Shown: positions 49,101 to 60,500 of the stretch, piece after piece
How positions within the stretch are numbered: the first letter of the stretch is position 1
Layout of the letters: each line of letters starts with the position of its first letter
From: Callorhinchus milii
Taxonomy: Eukaryota
Direction of reading: 5' to 3'
Length of the DNA stretch: 64,000 nucleotides
Assembly (NCBI RefSeq): GCF_018977255.1
Contig: NW_024704812.1
Coordinates: 62,001-126,000 of the forward strand
Made by a program: the position numbers and the translations under genes
Notes under the pieces: model-generated
The model's database searches: none
What the model was told of the DNA's origin: nothing
The model's input: only the letters and a program-made list of their open reading frames with translations

Positions 49101-50300
49101 CTGTTGACTTTCCACGATACACTGAAATTTCCCTGTTCACTGGGCATTACCAGGAAGTACACAGATTGTCCGGCTGTGGCTTCTATGTGACTCTCAGTGA
49201 CGGTCAGACTGAAAGCTCCCACCTGCTCTGTAACACATAACACACACAACAGTCAATCACCAGGTAATCTCACAATATAAAAATAACAATATTAATAATA
49301 ATCCTTTAGTTATTGTTCAAGCACTCGTCTCGCAAGTGAGGAGACCCAGATTTGATCCCCGGGCGGAAGGGCGAAACGTTGGGCAGTTTCCTTACTTCAC
49401 ACACACGCCTCTGTTTTTCGCAGTAAGTCGGAACCCGGTTGTTAACCGATTAGAGACTTTTTCGGGATAACAATTCCTTCAAAAAAGTAATAAATTGATG
49501 ACTCAAACCATGACTGTTTTTGGCACTGCAGTGCACACTGTATAAATGGAATGATTATTAATATTATATTAATAGTTCTTGCATTTGATATAGTGCCTTA
49601 TCACGTCTTTGAGACGTCTGAAACGCGCTTCAGGGTGTACTGTAAAGTGAATTATTGTATATTTTGTGGGTGAACCCTTTCAGCCAATTGTGCACAATAG
49701 CGACCCACACAGAGCCGTGGATTGAGTGACCAATTTTTTATTTTGAAGGAATTATTATCCCCAGAGAAGCGATCCGCCAACCGACCAACAAGTGGTTCGT
49801 ACTTATTGTTCGGTAAATAGAGGCGCGTGTGTGTGGAGTAAGGAAACTTGCCCAACCTCTCGCCCTGTGCCGCCCGGGAATCAAACCCAGGACTCTCACT
49901 TTCGAGGCGAGTGCTCCAACCACTGAGCTACAGGACTCCACAATTCAGAACAATTCTGTGGAAACACCACCTCAGTGAGAGAGTGGGAAACAGGATCCCG
50001 AAGGAGACAGACGGCGGAAGCAGAAAATGTCATTTATTTCAAGATCAAATTGGATAGATTTCTGCAAGAAAATAATATCTCAGGATACAGTATATAGACA
50101 GACACACAGACATAGACACAGTAGGAGAGACACACACACACAGTATATAGTTTGGGACACGATATGTGTAGCGACTGCCAGGATGGTGGGGGATGAACGA
50201 GATGGACCTTTGCTTATGTTGTTACCAGTAACTCACCCAAATTAGTGACCAGAATGAGCAGAGCAGCCACCAACATCCTCGCGGCTGGAAACCACCACAT
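38686..50300 (-). CDS. g4: ITAM-bearing CEACAM/VSIG10L-like receptor (V-C1*-C1-C2-C3-C4-TM-tail)
   Basis: Exons: leader 50300-50237; V 49227-48907; C1* 47655-47371 (-1/+1 indels, foreign 3' end); C1 45414-45131 (-1 in a G run at the acceptor); C2 42928-42638; C3 42105-41866; C4 41527-41213; TM 40817-40719; Cyt1 39855-39800; Cyt2 39471-39427; Cyt3 38748-38686. Confidence 0.8.
40719..40817 (-). CDS. g4 TM exon
   Basis: 99 nt; same splice sites as the g3 TM exon. Confidence 0.9.
43020..43775 (+). mobile_element. L2-type LINE 3' portion in the g4 C1-C2 intron
   Basis: RNLGILFDPELSF, NSLLIGLPNSSLQKLQIIQNSAARVL, KAIHGLAPSYLSDLL. Confidence 0.85.
47133..47309. mobile_element. Foldback (inverted-repeat) element, about 175 bp; half copy at 10470-10560
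   Basis: Arms of about 80 bp: gatgtcgctggaacactcagc... pairs with ...gctgagtgttcccagcgacgtc. Confidence 0.75.
48907..49227 (-). CDS. g4 IgV exon
   Basis: ORF 48899..49249. 321 nt, open, with one in-frame codon deletion vs g2/g5. Confidence 0.9.
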
Positions 50301-50430
50301 ATACACGTTAGGGAGAGAGACAGAGACAAACTGGATATGGGCTGTCACCTGAACGCAGGGCAGAGTCTGCTGTTAATCATTACTGTTACTGTAGAGAGAC
50401 CCTGACACTGGCTCTAATGGCACCCGGTGG

Positions 50431-50490
50431 ACTTTCACTTTGTCAGGAATTAATATGTTAATTTATGAGATGAATAGTTTTACTTCCTGT
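50431..50490 (-). promoter_or_regulatory. g4 proximal promoter IRF/ETS motifs (GATA site altered)
   Basis: actttcacttt at 50431-50441; acttcctgt at 50482-50490; agatga instead of agataa. Confidence 0.5.
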
Positions 50491-51435
50491 AAGACACACT
50501 TTACGCCCTCACTATTTTTAATATTATTATAATAATAGTCCTTGCGTTTGACGCAGCGCCTTATCACGTTTTTGAGATGTCTCAAAGCACTTCACAGAAT
50601 ACACTGTGAATTGTAGTGACTGTGGTTTGGTGCGCGATACGCGGCAGCTAATTGCGCACAGCAATGAATAGTAATAATAGTAATTCTTGCAAAAAAGACA
50701 AATTGGTCACTTCAATCCGCAACTGTTTGTGGGGCACCTCTGTGCACGTGCAATTAATTGGCTGCTGACTAACAAGCGAGGTCCTACTTACTGCTTGGTA
50801 AACAGAGGCAAACGCGTGTNNNNNNNNNNNNNNNNNNNNNNNNNNNNNNNNNNNNNNNNNNNNNNNNNNNNNNNNNNNNNNNNNNNNNNNNNNNNNNNNN
50901 NNNNNNNNNNNNNNNNNNNNNNNNNNNNNNNNNNNNNNNNNNNNNNNNNCTACGTTTCACCCTGAATACTGAACTCCTGGTAAAATAACATTAACTTCTC
51001 AGTGAGCCGATAAGTCACAACAACAACAACTTGTATTTACACCAGCGCCCTTTATGAGGGTAGCGTCTCGGAGTGGTGGAGCCTGACGCAGAGCCAGTTG
51101 GAGGGGAGATACAGGCAGAAGGTGACCGTGAGCATGGTCAAAGAGAAAGATTTTCAGTCTTGATCTAAAAGAGGGGGAAGGATAGGAGAGGGGAGGAAAG
51201 GGGGAAAGGCGGAGGGATCGGTGGAGAGAGCTCCAAAGTCTGACAATACGACCCCCCATGATGGATCAGAGGGCACGAGGGACACGCAGGAGGCCGGAGG
51301 CAGCCGAGAGGAGGCAGTGGGTAGTGGGTTGGGGGGGTCAGCAGGTCGGAGAGAGAGGTAGGGAGGTGCCAGAGCCTGAAGAGATTTGTAGATGATTGAA
51401 AGGATCTTGAAATCGATCTACGTTGTCACAGCTAT

Positions 51436-53049
51436 CTACTTCCTGGTGCCATTACGACGTAAATTGTGATAAATATCTTTTTGGTGCTTTCCAAGGTCCT
51501 GAAACACAATGCAGATCGGACAGACCATTACTAACAACATTTTACACTGAACCTTTCACATCAGGAGGACGTCCCAAGGACCTGGACAGTCAGGGATTTG
51601 GATCTGAGCTGTGGGTTGGGATCAGGACGGGGTGGATGGTGGCGAGGTAGGGGTTAGGAAGGTGACCAGGTTGAAGAGGAAAGTCTTGTGACAGGCCTTG
51701 AAGGAGGTGAGGGAGTGATGGGGTGGGATGGAGGGACTGTGGGATGGAGTTCCAGAGGGTGGGGCAGAGTAACTGAAGGCCCAACCGATGGTGGGGCAGG
51801 TGAGGCGGGGGATGTGAAGCAGGCCGGAGCCCGCTGAGCAGAGAGAGCGGACAGGTTGTTAGGGGGTATGGGGAGCTGCAGAGTTAGTTCTGGATGATCT
51901 GCAGTTTGTAGAGGGAGGCGTTGGGGAGGCCGACAAGCAGGGAGGGGGCAAAGTCAAGCCTGTTTGTGGTGAACACATGGATGAGGGCCTCGGTGGCCTG
52001 TGGTGAGAGACAGTGGCGGAGCCGGGCCATATGGCGGAGGTGGGGAAGGCATATCAGGTCATGGCACGGATGAGGGGATGAAGGACAGTTTAGGGTCGTA
52101 AAGGACAGAGTTGGGACAGCAAGAGACTGAGCCGGGCTGACACACTGTCCGTGTCAGCCATTTGTTTCCTCACCATGTAAGGGCCTGAATCCTTCTGGGA
52201 GACATTGGCAGAGAAGCCTAAAATATAACCAAACACAGTTTAGCTATTCATTAGCAATGTCGTTAGCAGTAAATAATAATAACCATTGCATTTCATACAG
52301 TGCCTTATCACGTCTTCATAACATCTCAAAGCGCTTCACAGGATACAACAACAACAACAACAAGATTCCATTTATAAAGCGCCTTTCACGTCAGGAGGAC
52401 GTCCCAAGCGCTGCACAGTTGGGTCATGACCCGAGCAGGGGGGAAATGGTCAGGGTAAGGGGAGGGAAGGGAGGGAGCGAGGAGGGGGAAGAGAGTCGAG
52501 AGGGGAGCTGAAGGCTCGGTCAAAGAGAAAGGTTTTGAGACCGGCCTTGAAGGAGGAAAGGGAGGAAGCGGCGAAGGCACTGGGGGATAGAGTTCCAGAG
52601 CCTGGGGGCTGAGAGGCTGAAGGCCCGACCACCGATGGTAGGGCGATTGGGGCGGGGGACGTGGAGCAGACCGGAGCCAGAGGAACGGAGGGTACGGGCA
52701 GGTAGGTAGGGGGATAGTAGGTTGGAGAGGTAGGAGGGAGCAAGGCCGTGAATGGCCTTGTAGGTGAGGATGAGGATCTTGAAATCTTGATACACGGTAA
52801 AGAGTAGTGACTGTGTGGTTTCAAAAATAATAATAATCGTTGCATTTGATACAGTGCCTTATCACGTCTTTGAGTCGTATCAAAGGGGAGTCAATTGCCT
52901 AAGGTTTTGCCCTGTCCGGGAAACAAAACCGGATCCTCTCGCTTGAGAGGCGAGGGCTCTAACCACTGAGCTACAGGACTGCACAGCACTTACTCTGACA
53001 TCAATGGTCTCGTAGTATGGTTCACCCTCTGTCTCTTGCTGTGTTTTGG
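51436..53049 (-). CDS. g5 cytoplasmic exons Cyt1-3 (YETI plus ITAM; Cyt2 is 1 nt short as assembled)
   Basis: Exons of 56, 44 and 63 nt; gagaagcc vs gaggaagcc in paralogs. Confidence 0.75.
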
Positions 53050-54549
53050 CTGGAAAATAAACAACAACTTGTTTATTCAAAGGCACAGCCTCTGATGGTG
53101 GGATGGAGGGAACGAGGGACAAATAGGAGGCCGGTGTGGGGGCGGTGGGGGGTGAGCAGGTCGGAGAGGTAGGGAGGTGCCAGGGCATGAAGGGGTTTGA
53201 AAACGAGTGAGAGGATCTTGAAATCGTAGAAAATCTTGAAAATATACAAGAGTTTGTACATTTGCTGAACCGGTGAACTTGGAGAGAAACGGAGAAGGAG
53301 GCACTGATAGAGAGACAGAGAGAGAGAGAGAGATTGGTAGTGAGAGATAGGGTTAAAGCCTGACAGAAAGACAAAGAGGGAGCGATTGAAAGAGAGAGGG
53401 GGAGATGGATGGATAGAGACTGATAGAGAGTGAGATGGAGGGTGATAGAGAGACAGGGGTAGAGGCTGATAGAAAGGAGAGGGTGAAATGGAGTGGGAGA
53501 GACTGATAGAGAGAGAGAGAAAGATGGAGGGGGAGAGACTGATGGAGGAAGAGTGAGACGGAGAGGGTAGAGACTGATTGAGTTTGTGATGGAGGTGGAT
53601 AGAGACTAATAGAGGGAGTGTGAGACAGAGGGGAAGAGACTGACAGAGTGAGATAAAGAGGGAGAGACTGAAAGTGAGAGAGAGTGAGACGGAGGAGGAG
53701 TGATTGATAGCGAGAGGGGGAGATGGATGGATAGAGACTGACAGAGAGTGAGATGGAGGGTGATAGAGAGAGAGGGGTAGAAACTGATAGAAAAGAGTGG
53801 GTGAAATGGAGAGGGAGAGACTGAGAGTGATGGAGGGTGACAGAGAGAAGGGGTAGAGACTGATAGAAAAGAGAGGGTGAAATGGAGGGGGAGAGGCTGA
53901 TAGAGAGAGAGAGACAAAGTGGGAGAGACTGATAGTGAAAGAGAGTGAGATGGAGGGGCTAGAGACAGATAGAGAGAGACGGAGGGGTAGAGACTGGCAG
54001 AGAGAGAGGACAGTGAGAGGGTGAGTGGCTGAGGGGGTCTGGACTGGTATATAAACAACAGAACATGAAGGTGAAAGGTTTTCCTGTGTATATACGGCCT
54101 CACCTTCCTTACGTTTCCTGTAAACGTACACCACAGCGAGTGTTGCAATGACCACCACAGCCACAGCCCCCACTATTGTCCCCACTATCAGGGCCACATT
54201 CACTGCGGAGAGAAACACCTTCACTGTCTCTCTATTAGATTATACTCTCGTAACACAGAGACCACAGCACAGACCTCATGTAAATCATAGCAATCCTCGC
54301 ATTTGATACAGCGCCTTATCACGTTGTTGTAAAGTGTAGTAACTGTGTATTTTGTGGGCGGAACACAGCAGCCAATTGCGCACAGCGGTGACCCACAAAC
54401 AGTCGTGGATTGATTGACCAGATTTTTTGTTTTTTTGGAGGGATTATGACCCCCAGAAAGTGAACCGTCAATTGACTAACAGCGGGTTCCTACCTTCTGC
54501 TGATAAACAGAGGTGCACATCTGTGTGTGTATGTGTGTCTATGTGTGTC

Positions 54550-54580
<31 letters not shown>

Positions 54581-57500
54581 CTGTGGTTGTGTGTCTGTGT
54601 GTGTGTCAAAATATCATAACTTACCTCCGCCTTTCAAAGTCACGTCAAATTGGAAGAAGTTCTCTCCCATTGCGTTAGTGACACGGCATTGATATGTGCC
54701 CTGATCGGTTGCCTGGAATTTACTGATGAGCAGTTTAGAGAAGGTTAGTCCTGAGGTGATGTTGAACTTGCCGTCAGAGCCAGTGATGGAGTTGTCTTCC
54801 TTCGACCATGTAAAGTGTGCGGGCAGCAGGCCAGGGTCTGACACCCGCACTGTGTCTGTCAGTGACACGTCTAAGGTCACATCTGCCTCCTTCCCCACTT
54901 CCACCTGAGGCTCAGACCCTGACGCTCTCTGGGGTTTATCTGTGTAACAGCACAGACAGTGTTCAGCAAAACAGCAACACAGTCACCCCAACAGTCAGTA
55001 GGAATAATAATAATCCTCCTGTTTGATACAGCGCCTTATCACGCCATCGAGACATCTTAAATCCCATCTAAAGACCTTCCTCTTCGACCAACCGCACATT
55101 CAGCCACCCTCCCACCCCAAAACCCACCCCCCTGTCCTCCACCCCTCCTGCCCCCAACTCCCAGCTCAGGTCCAAAAACCCTGACTGTGCAGCGTCCTGG
55201 AACATCTTTGCGACGTGAAGGGCGCTATACAAGTGTAATTTGTCATCGTTGTTGCTGTTCAGCCCTCAAGTCCTCACCAATAACTATAGAGCATTGACTG
55301 TCAGAGACAACATGGCGTCCAACACATGTGAAGATCTCTCGGGAGCTGAGCTGATCCTTTGTGATGGTGACATTCCCCTCGTTTGTCGCATTGACAATCG
55401 TCTGTCCGACCTTCAGCTGAAGGACAGAGTCTGGCACCCCACCAGCCCAGGAGCACATCAACACCAATGCTGTTCCTTTATCTGCTGCTCCGCATGTGAT
55501 CTGCTGTGTGGGAGCCCCTTGAACAAGGCAAAGACAAACAGTCCAGTTATTGGCTCCACCTTGAGTTGTCCCCACCCTCGCCCGGCTCCACTGGCTCCCC
55601 ATCCCTCAGAGGATACTGTTCAAGATCCTGGTGCTCAGCTTTAAAGCCCTCCATGGCCTCACTCCTCCCTCCCTACCTCTGTGACCTCCTAATCCCTGAC
55701 CAACCGGTCCGCTCCCTCTGCTTAGCGGGCTCCGGCCTGCTCCATGTTCCCCGCCCGCCCATCCCCTTCAGCCTCTCTGACCCACCCTCTGAAACTCCCA
55801 CAATCCCTCTGCCACGCCTCCCTCACCTCCTTCGAAACCTATCTCAAGATCCTCCTCTTCGACAGACCGTGCCTTCGGTCACCCTCCTACACCCATCTCC
55901 CTGCCCTCCAACCCTCCTGATAGCAACCCCAGCTCAGATGTGGGTCCCTGACTGTCCAGCGCCTTGAGACATCCTCCTGACGTGAAAGCCACTGTGTAAA
56001 TGCCATGTGTTGTTATTTAGACAGTGCCAATTTTGACTGAGATCTAACTCACTGTACACGAGGATTGAAACCTTCTCCGTGTGGCTAATCGTGGTGTAAT
56101 CATTCTTCACATTGCAAGTGTAATCCCCGCTGTTGTTGAACGTGAGGCTCTCTATAGGCAGCTGTGAGGTGTTGCCGGCAATGACTGTGGTGTTATGTGT
56201 CCACCTGTAGTTACACTCTGGGAAACATTTCGTCTGACAGTTGAGCGTCACTAAATCTCCCTCCTTCCCACAGTACTGTCCTGGGACCAAACTGTCACAT
56301 ATCACCTGCCCACTCATATATACTGTGGGTGGATCAGGGCCATCTGAAAGAAAAACATTAAGTGATGACATAGATAGATAAATGGGTGGCAGATGATAGT
56401 GTGAGAGAAACAGCCTTTTTACATGTATCACAGACCTCCGACTGTTTGTGGGTCCCTCCTGTGCGCAATTGGCTGCCGTCCCCCGACCCACCCACCCCAC
56501 CATTGGCGGGAGAGACTTCAGCCACTCTGCCCCCAACCTCTGGAATCCTATCCCCCAGTCATTCCGCTTCACGCCCTCCTTAGCCTCCTTCAAGTCACGC
56601 CTCAAGACCCTCCTCTTCGACCATGCCATCGGCCATCCCCCTTCCCCGCCCCTCCCTTCTCCCCCCGTGACTCCAGCTCGGGTCTGAAATGCTGTCACTG
56701 TCCAGTGCCTTGGGACATCCTCCCGATGTGAAACACGCTATACAAATGTAATCCTGTTGTTGTTGTTGTGTTTCATCCATAAAATATACAGTCAATTCAC
56801 TTTACAGTATATTCTGTGAAGTGATTTGAGACGTGAGGAGGTGTTTTTTTTGGAGGGGTTAATACATTCGGAAAAGTGATCTGGCAATCGACTAACAAGG
56901 GTTCCCGCTTACTGTTAGGTAAACAACAAAATACAACAACAATAATATTACATTTATAGGGCGTCCTTAACGTCGGGAGGACGTCCCAAGACATTGGCGC
57001 TGCTAAACAGTGGGGTGTATGTGTGTGGGGGGGTGGGGGTGGGGGCGAGTGTTGGGTGGAGTAATGTACCTGCCTAAGCTTTCGTCCTGACCTGCGCGGG
57101 AATCAAACCCAGGTCCTCTCGCTTGATAAGGCGATATATCAAGTGCAAGAATGATTATTATTCTGATGATCATGACTATGATCATTATTATTGTTATTAT
57201 CTTTACTGTTATTGCAGCTCAGGTCACGTGAGGCTGACTTTGGGTCATGGAGTTTAAAGCGAGTCGGGGTTCCTGCTCCTGGTCCCTAAACTCCCTCTCG
57301 GGCTCAAGTGTGGGTGTTGCAGTCTGGTGGGGAGATTAGGTTTGTCTGTGGGGCCCTCTACAGTCAAGTGGCCGATTGACACTCAGATAGTGATGGGATC
57401 TTTAACCTGAACAGGCAGATAGTTTAACGTCTCATCCAAACAGCGGCTCTTCAATGATAATAACAATAGTGGAGTCCTGTTGCTCAGTGGTTAGAGCATT

Positions 57501-60500
57501 TGCCTCGTAAGTGAACTTGAGTTCAATTCCCATCAGGGTGCGAATGCTTGGGCAAGTTTCCTTACTCCACACGCCTGATAATAACCCCTCCAGAAAGAAA
57601 CTAATAGTAAATTGGGCACTTCAATCCACGGCTGTTTTGGGACGACGCTGTGTGCAATTGTGTTTCACCCACAAATATACAGTCAATTCACTTTACAATA
57701 TATTCTGTGAAGCATTTTGAGTTGTCTCAAAGACGTAAAGAGCGCGGCATCAAATGAAAGGTTTATTATATTATTTATAGGGCAAAACATTGGGCAAGTT
57801 TCCTTACTCCGCACGCCTCTGTTTACCTCGCAGTGTGTGGGGACCCAGTTGTTAGTCGACTGATGGATCGCTTTTCCGAGGGTAAAAATTCCTTCAAAAA
57901 ATAATATTAATGAATTGGTCCCTGAATCCCCAACTGTTTGTGGGACACTGCTGTGTGCAATTGGTTGACATTTTATGGAGTGGTTATTACCTCCAGAAAG
58001 TGATCCGGCAATGAACTGACAAGTAGGTTCCCACTTACTGCAGGTCAGCAGAGCCATGTCTATGTGTGTTTCTATGAGTGGAGGAAGGACTATATGAGTT
58101 CCAAGTGCTGACGTGAGGCTTGAACCCACAACCTTCTGCCTTATAGAGAGCTGAGCCAGGCTGGAACAAGTAGGGATATACGTGGGCCAACTGCACTGTC
58201 CTGTTCAGCTCACGTTGATCTGGTTTTAACACCACAGCAAATATACTCACAAGTTATCACCAGCTTCACTGGTTTGCTGCTGTCACTGTTCACCGGGTTA
58301 CTGGCCGTGCAGATAAACCCTCCACTGTCGTTCCTGTGTACGGGGCTGATTGTCAGAGTGCTATTAGCTGCAGACAGTGTGTAACGTGGGGTTACAGGTA
58401 ACGGGTGTCCACCAGTGCCCAGGAATAGGTGGGGAACAATCCCATCGCTGTACACCTCAATGTCGCTGTGTCTTTATTCTCGATAAATATCTCCTTGTCT
58501 GGACTCAGGCTGATGCTCACATTGGACAGCAGAGCTGTAAGATAAAGTGTTTCATTTCATCCGGATTTACTTTACTTAACACAAAGCTGTTCTGCTTCAG
58601 TTCAAGATCCTGGTCCTCACCTTGAATGTCCTCTACAACCTCACTCCTCTTCCTTACCTCCGCTCCCTCTGCTCAGCGGGCTCCGGCCTGCTTCATGCCC
58701 CCCGCCCACCTGCCCCACCATCAGCGGTTGGGCCTTCAGCCTCTCTGCCCCAATCCACGACTGTTTGTGGGACACTGCTGTGTGCAATTGGCTGCAGAGT
58801 TTCGCCCACAAAATAGACCGGCAATTCACTTTACAGTATATCGTCCCAAAATACATCACTTTGCACTTCTCCACATTAAACTTCATCATGTCTGCCCATG
58901 TTACCAGTCTGTCTATGTCCTCTTGCAGTCTGTTACTCTCCTCCTCACTGTTTACTACTTTTCTTAGCTTAGTATCATGTGTGTGGCTCCTGATCACACA
59001 CTAAACTCTGTACCCCCATCACCCCAGTCCTGCCCAGGCTCCAAACTTGGCAATTGTGCTCTCTATACCCAAGTCCAGGCCACCTTAAAGACCCATTTCA
59101 AGGCCTTCCTCTTCGACCGGCCATGCCTCCAGTCATCCTTCTATTCCAACCCTACCCGCCCTCCACCCCTCCTTATCCCAACCCCCACCTCGAGTGCGGA
59201 TCCCTGACTATCCAGTGCCTTGGGACGTCGTCCTGATATGAAAGCCACTGTTGTTGTTTACACCATGACATTTTTGACTGAGATAACTAACTCACTGTAC
59301 ACGAGGATTGAAACCTTCTCCGTGCGGCTAATCGTGGTGTAATCATTCTTCACATTGCAAGTGTAATCCCCGCTGTTGTTGAACGTGAGGCTCTCTATAG
59401 GCAGCTGTGAGGTGTTGCCGGCAATGACTGTGGTGTTATGTGTCCACCTGTAGTTACACTCTGGGAAACATTTCGTCTGACAGTTGAGGGTCATCAAATC
59501 TCCCTCCTTCCCACAGTACTGTCCTGGGACCAAACTGTCACATATCACCTGCCCACTCACAATAAAGGTGAGTGGATCAGGGCCATCTGAAAGAAAAAGC
59601 ATTAAACTATGGCATAGATAGATAAATGGATGGCAGATGATAGTGTGAGAGAAACAGTCTTTTTACATGTATCACAGACCTCTGACTGTTTGTGGGTCGC
59701 TGCTGTGTGCAATTGGCTGCTGCGTTTTGCTCATAACATATACAGTCAATTCACTTTACAGTGTATTCTGTGAAGCGTTTCAGTCGTCCAGAAGACGTGA
59801 AAAGCGCTGTATCAAATGCAAGGATTATTATATTATTGATAGAGAAAAACGTCGGCCAAGTTTCCCTACTCCCAAACTCTGTTGACTGAGCAGTAATTAG
59901 GAACCCGGTTATTGGTCGATTGGTGGGAATCAAACCAAAGTCCTCTCACTTGCGAGGTGAGGGCTCCAACCACTACAGGACCCCACTGTTTGTTTCTCTA
60001 TTCACAGCATCAAACCCCAATGTAGAATATTCCAGCATTGCATTGGAGCTTCAGTCTGGACTACATGAGTTCCAAGTACTGACGTGAGGCCACAACCTTC
60101 TGACTTATAGAGAGCTGAGCCAGGCTGGAACAAGTAGGGATATACGTGGGCCAACTGCACTGTCCTGTTCAGCTCACGTTGATCTGGTTTTAACACAACA
60201 GCAAATATACTCACAAGTTATCACCAGCTTCACTGGTTTGCTGCTGTCACTGCCCACCAGGTGACTGGCCGTGCAGATAAACCCTCCACTGTCGCTCCTG
60301 TGTACGGGGCTGATTGTCAGAGTGCTATTATCTGCAGACAGTGTGTAACGTGGGGTTACAGGTAACGGGTGTCCATCCAGTGCCCAGGAATAGGTGGGGA
60401 ACGATCCCATTGCTGTACATCTTAGTGTCACTGTGTCTTTATTCTCGATAAATATCTCCTTGTCTGGACTCAGGCTGATGCTCACATTGGACACCGGAGC

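Noticed and set aside
53073-54224. 383-aa ORF starting MKVFLSAVN (similar ORFs at 25542 and 40147)
   Set aside because: Only the 33-codon TM exon is real; the rest is read-through into a stop-poor CT-rich intron.
54203-54226. Upstream acag| acceptor adding VKVFLSA to the TM exon
   Set aside because: Purine-rich context; the downstream tttctctccgcag has a much better polypyrimidine tract. Both are in frame, so it cannot be fully excluded.
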